A stretch of DNA of 64,000 bases, taken from NCBI RefSeq assembly GCF_963506605.1, contig NC_083288.1, positions 42,222,001 to 42,286,000 on the forward strand, in the 5' to 3' direction. Of this stretch, positions 60,701 to 64,000 are shown piece after piece. How positions within the stretch are numbered: the first letter of the stretch is position 1; every line of letters starts with the position of its first letter. The position numbers were made by a program, and so were the translations under genes. A model generated the notes under the pieces. It saw only the letters and a list, made by a program, of their open reading frames with translations, did not search any database and was not told the DNA's origin. Source of the stretch: Zootoca vivipara (lineage: Eukaryota).

Positions 60701-62465
60701 TGGTTTTATACCCTTGTTAATTGTCACTTTTTCTATGCAACCACAGCAGGGGTCAGCAATGTGGATGCAGAAATGCTCTTGAAATCTTTCATAGGAGCCA
60801 CCAAAGCCACCTCTTCAATTCACTGCCCTTTGGTGATGAGATAGTCGCTTTATCTATATTCAAATGCACATAGTGACAAATGGGAACATCTCCACATGCT
60901 TTTCTCGGTTCAAATTCAGCCTACTCGGTTCAAATTCAGCCTAAACCTTCACTATATTCATTTACACACCTGCTTAAAACCTATTTGTTTAGGAAAGCCT
61001 ACCCAGTTACATGGGTGTTGACGTATTTTAATCTCCTTTCATTTCTTGAGAATTTTAATTACTTTAAAAGTTTCCTTCAACTATTCATACCCTCTTAGAT
61101 GAGCACGGGGCTGATTTCCCATTTACCTCTGAAATTGGAGTATCAAAGGAATAATATATCATATTTTGTAGCATAGCATATAAAGTCTATAGAGAGCAAA
61201 GTGATATATTTTAGACAACAAAATGAACAGAGCATCCACTTTCTGTTAATAAAGTTTTTCAAGACTGTGTGTTGATTTCCTGTGGGAGATCTTAAGAATC
61301 TGTAATTTGAAATGAACTTCCAAATGTGAGAAAGTCTTGGCTTAAATCTCATATATATAAAAATAGAGGGAAAGAAAGCTGCTTTCCTCCAATGTGGATA
61401 TTTGGAAACCTGCCATGAAAGTAAAAGTCATGATTGTCCCTTGCTGAATTAAAACCTTTTCTCTACTTTTTCTTTTTTTTTCAATATAGCTCCATCATTT
61501 TCTGAGGGGTATCTCATTTAACAACAGCGCAGGGGATAAGATTTCCTTGGACCAGAATGGGGAGATACTAGCTGGATTTGATATTAACAATTGGATAATT
61601 TCCTCCAACCAATCCTTTCAGAGAGTGAAGGTAGGAGGGGTGGATTCCCTGGCTCCTCCACAGCAAGCCTTGACCATCAATGAAGGAGCCATAAAATGGC
61701 ACCATTGGTTTAACCAGGTAGGATGCAACCATCAGCTATTTGTCATTTTGAACATTTTGAAATAACATGCAAATATAATTTCATTGTACATTTTTCAGCC
61801 TTATAAAATTGGTTTAAAGATAGCACAAGCTATGAATTAATGTTATAAGCTAAATTCACAGTTTCTATACTGATTCCAGGTACACTCAAAGTGAATATGT
61901 TAAGTGGCAACTTGAAGAAGTATATTACAGAGCATACAGAGTCAGAGCTCTTATTATAGAGGATACCAAAATTACCACTAAACACAACAGTAACTGCAAA
62001 AAACAACAATTTATTGGAGTTTGCACATTGAGTCACTGGGAAATGTCAAAAAGGAGTCCAAATGTAATTGAAATAAGCTGTTTAGTGAATTTCTGAAATG
62101 AATGTTGTTCTATTGCAAATCCCTTTTAAGAAAGAGCTTAATCCCCCTTTTAGCTATTCTTTGAGTCCACTTATTTTATATATCTCTTTCATACGTGTAT
62201 TAGACAGCGCCTAACTCTGTATGCACTGAGAGCTGCCACCCTGGTTTTTGCAGGAAGGTGAAGGAGGGGGAAGCATTTTGCTGCTACGATTGCATCCCAT
62301 GTCCAGAGGGGAAGATTTCAGACCAGGAGGGTAAGAAATTTAGTGTATATATTTATAGCTTGTTTCCTCTGATCAAGAACATGCATATGAAATCTTGCAT
62401 TCACCAAGATTTCTTTTGACAGTTCATGAAATATTGAGAAATCCTGCTGAAGAGGGACATAATGA

Positions 62466-62522
<57 letters not shown>

Positions 62523-63697
62523 TGTAAATGGTTCCAGTTGCATTCAAAGTGAATATGTTAACTGACAACTTGAAGAAGTGAATCCTAAACGGATTTTGAC
62601 GATATTGAATAAATTGTTATGAGTTTGGAGGAACATTCTGGATAAATCCCTGGTTAACACTGCAATTCTGGGAATCCAGCCAGATGATTGTTCGGAAGTC
62701 CTTGTATGCTTTTTTATTCATTTTAATTATGTATTTGCAAGCAGTGGCATGTCGCTCATATTTTTGGGATTAAGAACCATGTCTTTCTTTCTCAGACATG
62801 AATGACTGCTATGAATGTGAAGATGAAAAGTATCCAAACAAACATAAGAATATATGTATTGCCAAGCATACAACTTTCTTGTCCTTTGAAGAACCTCTGG
62901 GCCTCAGCTTAGCCTGTTCGGCTCTTTCCTTTGCTCTCATTACAGCACTGGTGCTGGAAATATTTGTGAAGCACAGGGACACTCCTGTTGTGAAAGCCAA
63001 CAACCGGGACCTCACCTACGCTCTGCTCATCTCCCTCTTGCTTTGCTTCCTTTCTGCGTTACTCTTCATTGGACATCCTGACAACGTGACGTGTCTCCTC
63101 CGACAAACTGTTTTTGGCATCATCTTCTCAGTGGCTGTTTCTTGTGTTCTGGCAAAAACCATCACTGTGGTTCTGGCTTTCATGGCCACAAAACCAGGAT
63201 CCAGGATGAGGAGGTGGGTAGGGAAAGGACTGGCAAACTCTATTGTCCTCTCCTGCTCCCTTATCCAAGTAGTCATCTGCACTCTATGGCTGGTGATCTC
63301 TCCTCCATTCCCTAATGCTGACATGAAGTCAGTGGCTGAAGAAATTGTACTGGAGTGCAATGAGGGGATGGTGACCTTCTTTTACTGTGTCTTGGGCTAC
63401 ATGGGCTTCCTAGCTTTGGTCAGTTTCACTGTGGCTTTCCTTGCCCGAAAATTACCTGACAGTTTCAACGAAGCCAAGTTCATCACTTTCAGCATGTTGG
63501 TCTTTTGCAGTGTTTGGTTATCCTTTGTTCCTGCCTACATGAGCTCAAAGGGGAAATACATGGTGGCTGTGGAGATCTTCTCTATCTTAGCCTCCAGTGC
63601 TGGGTTGTTGGGTTGCATCTTTTCCCCAAAATGTTACATTATTTTGCTGAGGCCTGAGCTGAACAGTAGGGAAAACCTAATAAGAAGAAAATGCTGA
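57747..63697 (+). CDS. Vmn2r: Vomeronasal type-2 receptor gene 5 (intact, about 875-879 aa)
   Basis: Exons 57747/57759-57976, 58872-59163, 59797-60657, 61490-61717, 62204-62330, 62796-63697. Confidence 0.92.
58451..58906 (+). repeat. Tandem duplication (about 221/232 bp) of the intron 1-exon 2 boundary
   Basis: CCTACATCTC..TTTTTAG|AGCGGTGCCTAAGAATTA..GGCCT occurs twice; CCT microhomology at the junction (58672). Confidence 0.88.
59215..59459 (-). mobile_element. Sauria SINE, 5'-truncated
   Basis: (AAAGGT)n tail at left; reverse complement of the 52329 element; 14-bp TSD TACACAACCAGATA. Confidence 0.88.
62466..62518. repeat. (GT)n(GA)n microsatellite
   Basis: Direct inspection. Confidence 0.9.
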
Positions 63698-64000
63698 AGA
63701 AATCAAAGTTTTGTTTCATTGGCTATAATATTTAGTTCAGGGATTTGTATGTATCTCTGGAGAGAAGCACCCAGAAACCTCAACCATATTCAGCTATTCC
63801 AGATCCACTGTATCTTTTCCTCTGCTCACTGGGAAGTTTGCATTTGTTATTTTTATATGTCGGCACTGTACTATTCTGCCCTCAGTAGCAGAGATGAAAA
63901 ATTTTACCCTCTCTAATCCAATCTTATTTTTCTGCTTGAGCTGTGTTAATATACATCCTGCCCCACTCTAATGGGGTTTTTAAAGATAAGTCTGTGGAAA

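Overview
This is eukaryotic DNA from a squamate reptile, probably a lizard (Sauria SINEs, RTE-BovB, L2, CR1, Penelope). From about 7.3 kb onward it is a tandem, same-strand cluster of five 6-exon vomeronasal type-2 receptor (V2R, class C GPCR) genes. Four are intact, one has a 1-bp frameshift, and there is an extra orphan promoter/first exon; many TEs with recognisable target-site duplications (TSDs) sit in introns and spacers. The first 6.2 kb hold a Tf1/sushi-type chromoviral Gypsy LTR retrotransposon in an unusual arrangement: exactly one circularly permuted genome unit (RT-3'/RH/IN/chromodomain - single LTR - gag/PR/RT-5') with a 7-bp terminal redundancy, flanked by inverted pieces of its own LTR. 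The element has an 11-nt self-priming PBS and a GGGAAAC -1 frameshift site with a 10-bp stem. Most notably, its acidic integrase tail carries two tandem [IV]F-x9-FLGF motifs resembling the LEDGF-IBD/TFIIS-N-terminal-domain-binding motif (IBM/TIM), a candidate host-mimicry tether for integration targeting. All coordinates were counted by hand and may be off by a few bases; TE family names are from recognition, not database search.
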